Sequence record: NZ_CP104760.1 | DNA: 64,000 nt | Origin: a plasmid | Strand: one strand, 5' to 3' | Shown: positions 61,005 through 64,000 of the stretch, in pieces | How positions within the stretch are numbered: position 1 is the first letter of the stretch | Layout of the letters: every line of letters starts with the position of its first letter | Notes under the pieces: generated by a model | Told to the model about the DNA's origin: nothing | Database searches by the model: none | The model's input: only the letters and a program-made list of their open reading frames with translations | Translations under genes and position numbers: made by a program

Positions 61005-62537
61005 ATGTCAGGAAAACCGAAAACAGGAGGCGCCAGCCAGCTGCTGAAGCGCGTTCTCGTCGGGATCTGCTGTCTGCTGGTCGGCTACCTTCTGGTGCTG
61101 ATGTATGCGCAGGGCGAATATCTGTTTGCGCTGGTGACGCTGATTGTCAGCGCGGCGGGCATCTGGATTTACGCTAACCGGCGCGCCTATGCCTGGCGCT
61201 ATGTCTATCCCGGCCTCGCCGGTATGGCGCTGTTTGTGCTCTTCCCCCTCGCCTGCACCGTGGCGATCGCTTTTACCAACTACAGCAGTACCAACCAGCT
61301 TACCCAGGCGCGCGCGCAGCAGGTGCTGCTGAGCCGTCAGTATCAGGACGGCGCGGGAATGAACTTCGCGCTCTATCCGGCGGGCAGCCGCTGGCAGCTG
61401 CTGTTAGCCAGCGAGAGTGAAAATTACGTTTCGCCGCCGTTCGATTTTGGCGGCGATCAGCAGCTCAGTATGACCCGCGCCGCGCCGCCTGCGGGCCAGC
61501 GCGCAACGCTGAAGGTCATCACCAGCAATCGCCAGGCGCTCAGTCAGATCCGCGCCCGGCTGCCGGACGGCCGCGAGCTGGTGATGAGTTCGCTGCGGCA
61601 GTTCTCCGGCACGCGCCCGCTCTATCTGCTTACCGCCGACCAGCAGTTGAAAAATCAGCAAAGCGGCGAGCTGTATCAGGCGAATGATAAAACCGGCTTC
61701 TTCCAGCGCGTCAACGCCGACGGCAGCTGGGGCAGCGAGCAGCTTAGCCCGGGCTTTACGGTGAATGCGGGCTGGAAGAACTTTGTGCGCGTCTTTACCG
61801 ATGAGGGGATCCAGAAGCCTTTCCTGGCGATCTTCGGCTGGACGCTGCTCTTCTCGCTACTGACCGTGGTGCTGACCGTCGCCGTCGGCATGGTGCTCGC
61901 CTGCCTGGTGCAGTGGGAAGCATTAAAGGGGAAAGCGATCTATCGCGTGATGCTGATCCTGCCCTATGCCGTCCCGGCCTTTATCTCGATACTGATATTT
62001 AAGGGCCTGTTTAACCAGAGCTTCGGCGAGATCAACGTGCTGCTCAACGCGCTGTTCGGCTTCCAGCCCGCCTGGTTCAGCGACCCTCTGCTGGCGCGCG
62101 CCATGTTGGTGATCGTCAATACCTGGCTGGGCTATCCCTACATGATGATCCTCTGCATGGGGCTGTTGAAGGCGATTCCAGACGACCTGTACGAAGCTTC
62201 GGCGATGGATGGCGCAGGACCGTTGCAGAATTTCTTTTTGATTACGCTGCCGCTGTTGTTGAAGCCGCTTATGCCGCTGATGATCGCCAGCTTCGCCTTT
62301 AACTTTAACAACTTTGTGCTGGTGCAGCTGCTGACCAACGGCGGCCCCGATCGGCTTGGCACCACAACGCCTGCGGGCTATACCGACCTGCTGGTGAACT
62401 ATACGTGGCGCATCGCCTTTGAGGGCGGCGGCGGGCAGGATTTCGGTCTGGCAGCGGCGATCGCGACGCTGATCTTCCTGCTGGTAGGCGCGCTGGCGGT
62501 GATTAACCTGAAAGCCGTGCGGATGAAGTTCGACTAA
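61005..62537 (+). CDS. malF: Maltose ABC transporter permease MalF
   Basis: 510 aa; collinear with E. coli MalF including the long periplasmic P2 loop and the EAA motif region. Confidence 0.95.
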   Translation: MSGKPKTGGASQLLKRVLVGICCLLVGYLLVLMYAQGEYLFALVTLIVSAAGIWIYANRRAYAWRYVYPGLAGMALFVLFPLACTVAIAFTNYSSTNQLTQARAQQVLLSRQYQDGAGMNFALYPAGSRWQLLLASESENYVSPPFDFGGDQQLSMTRAAPPAGQRATLKVITSNRQALSQIRARLPDGRELVMSSLRQFSGTRPLYLLTADQQLKNQQSGELYQANDKTGFFQRVNADGSWGSEQLSPGFTVNAGWKNFVRVFTDEGIQKPFLAIFGWTLLFSLLTVVLTVAVGMVLACLVQWEALKGKAIYRVMLILPYAVPAFISILIFKGLFNQSFGEINVLLNALFGFQPAWFSDPLLARAMLVIVNTWLGYPYMMILCMGLLKAIPDDLYEASAMDGAGPLQNFFLITLPLLLKPLMPLMIASFAFNFNNFVLVQLLTNGGPDRLGTTTPAGYTDLLVNYTWRIAFEGGGGQDFGLAAAIATLIFLLVGALAVINLKAVRMKFD

Positions 62538-62546
62538 GGAGGCGTT

Positions 62547-63437
62547 ATGGCTATGGTACAACCTAAATCGCAGAAGCTGCGTTTGCTGCTGACTCATCTG
62601 CTGCTGCTCGCGTTTATCGCCGCGATTCTTTTCCCGCTGCTGATGGTTATGGCAATTTCACTGCGCGCCGGTAACTTCGCGACCGGCAGCCTGATCCCGG
62701 AGCAGATATCCTGGGAGCACTGGCGGCTGGCGCTGGGGTTCAGCGTCACCCATGCCGACGGCCGCGTGACGCCGCCACCTTTCCCGGTGCTGCTGTGGCT
62801 GTGGAACTCCGTTAAGATCGCGGGCATCAGCGCGATTGGCATAGTGGCGCTTTCCACTACCTGCGCCTATGCTTTTGCTCGCATGCGCTTCGCTGGACGC
62901 GCCAGCCTGTTGAAAGGGATGCTCATTTTCCAGATGTTCCCTGCCGTTCTCTCGCTGGTGGCGCTCTACGCTTTGTTCGATCGGCTGGGGCAGTATTTGC
63001 CTTTCCTCGGGCTGAATACGCATGGCGGCGTGATTTTCGCCTACCTTGGCGGCATCGCGCTGCATGTCTGGACGATTAAAGGTTATTTCGAAACCATCGA
63101 CGGTTCGCTGGAAGAGGCGGCCGCGCTGGACGGCGCGACGCCGTGGCAGGCGTTCCGGCTGGTGCTACTGCCGCTCTCGGTGCCGATCCTGGCGGTGGTG
63201 TTTATTCTGGCGTTTATCGCCGCGGTAACAGAGGTGCCTGTCGCCTCGCTGCTGCTGCGGGACGTTAACAGCTATACCCTGGCGGTCGGTATGCAGCAGT
63301 ATCTGAATCCACAGAACTATCTGTGGGGGGACTTCGCTGCCGCCGCTGTGCTCTCTGCTATCCCGATTACGCTGGTGTTCCTGCTGGCGCAGCGCTGGCT
63401 GGTCAGCGGCCTGACGGCGGGAGGCGTTAAGGGCTAA
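62547..63437 (+). CDS. malG: Maltose ABC transporter permease MalG
   Basis: 296 aa; MalG-like (…[21 protein letters not shown]…). Confidence 0.95.
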   Translation: MAMVQPKSQKLRLLLTHLLLLAFIAAILFPLLMVMAISLRAGNFATGSLIPEQISWEHWRLALGFSVTHADGRVTPPPFPVLLWLWNSVKIAGISAIGIVALSTTCAYAFARMRFAGRASLLKGMLIFQMFPAVLSLVALYALFDRLGQYLPFLGLNTHGGVIFAYLGGIALHVWTIKGYFETIDGSLEEAAALDGATPWQAFRLVLLPLSVPILAVVFILAFIAAVTEVPVASLLLRDVNSYTLAVGMQQYLNPQNYLWGDFAAAAVLSAIPITLVFLLAQRWLVSGLTAGGVKG

Positions 63438-63659
63438 TCTCTTCATCAATGCAGTGCCACTGCTTCCTCAATACTAACCATAATTGAGGGTTTTTGGCGG
63501 CCTTCGGGCCGCCGTTTTTATTGGGCTTAAACCCGGCGTTCGGCATATTCGGTGCCTGACAGGTTCAGCGCGCTGATGCCTGGCAGTTCAGATCGAGCGG
63601 GTACATTTGCCGAACGTGAGGCTTTTAATACGCCTTCGTACGTTCTGAGGAAGAGCGGG

Positions 63660-64000
63660 CTAAAGGAGTCCTTTTTGTGCAAAAGTCACCCGGGTCGCCT
63701 CATTAAGATCCATGCTTTTCAGAACGTCAGGGGAAACCCAGGCAACCTCCTGAAATTCTTCGTTAAACGTAATCGCCCGGTTTGAACTTATGCAGTCAAA
63801 TATAAGGTAAATCATGTAAATTTCTTCGGTGGCGCCGTCCGGATAGGTTTTAGTTCGGATATCATCACGAAAAGCCCAGGGTTTAACCTCGGTGATAAGC
63901 AGTTCCTTCCCTAACTCTTCCATGATTTCCCGCCTCAGGGCGATTTCCATCGTTTCGCCAGGCTCCATGCCACCGCCAGGCAGAGCCCATTGCCCCGGGA
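63660..64000 (-). CDS. Nudix hydrolase (5' end beyond window edge)
   Basis: The frame continues upstream of the annotated Met to the window end. Nudix box G…[23 protein letters not shown]. Confidence 0.6.
   Translation of the reverse strand, partial: PGQWALPGGGMEPGETMEIALRREIMEELGKELLITEVKPWAFRDDIRTKTYPDGATEEIYMIYLIFDCISSNRAITFNEEFQEVAWVSPDVLKSMDLNEATRVTFAQKGLL

Noticed and set aside
63552-63785. 77-aa ORF on + strand after malG
   Set aside because: It overlaps the better-supported Nudix gene on the minus strand. No SD or domain.

Overview
High-GC (about 60%+) Enterobacteriaceae-type chromosomal window. (1) Positions 1-31954 are a complete, Serratia/Enterobacter-like type VI secretion system (T6SS) locus. 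It begins with a 3'-partial vgrG carrying a C-terminal 18-bp tandem coding repeat, followed by DUF2169, two pentapeptide-repeat proteins, DUF3540 and a PAAR-like DUF4150 protein. Then come the core genes tssJ-tssK-tssL(OmpA)-tssM-tagF-tssA-tssB-tssC-hcp and the Thr-phosphorylation module tagH(fha)-pppA-(periplasmic protein)-tagJ-tssE-tssF-tssG-clpV-ppkA. At the far border lies a convergent pair: a lysozyme-like peptidoglycan hydrolase effector candidate with a periplasmic immunity candidate. (2) Positions 32180-44689 hold housekeeping and accessory genes: nudK, a DeoR regulator, hydrolases, a TetR regulator with duplicated operators, an arginase-family gene, rluF, an NCS1 permease and a chaperone-usher fimbrial operon with DUF1120 subunits. 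(3) Both maltose regions (malT, malPQ and malM-lamB-malK/malEFG) are contiguous here. Wedged between malQ and malM is a ~3.5 kb low-GC island. It encodes a 17-aa peptide with a strong SD and an attenuator hairpin, a MccB-like ThiF/E1 adenylyltransferase, a translationally coupled MFS exporter and a divergent wHTH regulator. This looks like a minimal microcin-C-like (peptidyl-nucleotide RiPP) cassette with a non-canonical precursor, and it is the most novel element in the window. No rRNA, tRNA, CRISPR, integrase or transposase was recognised. Many long antisense ORFs in the track are GC-driven artefacts.
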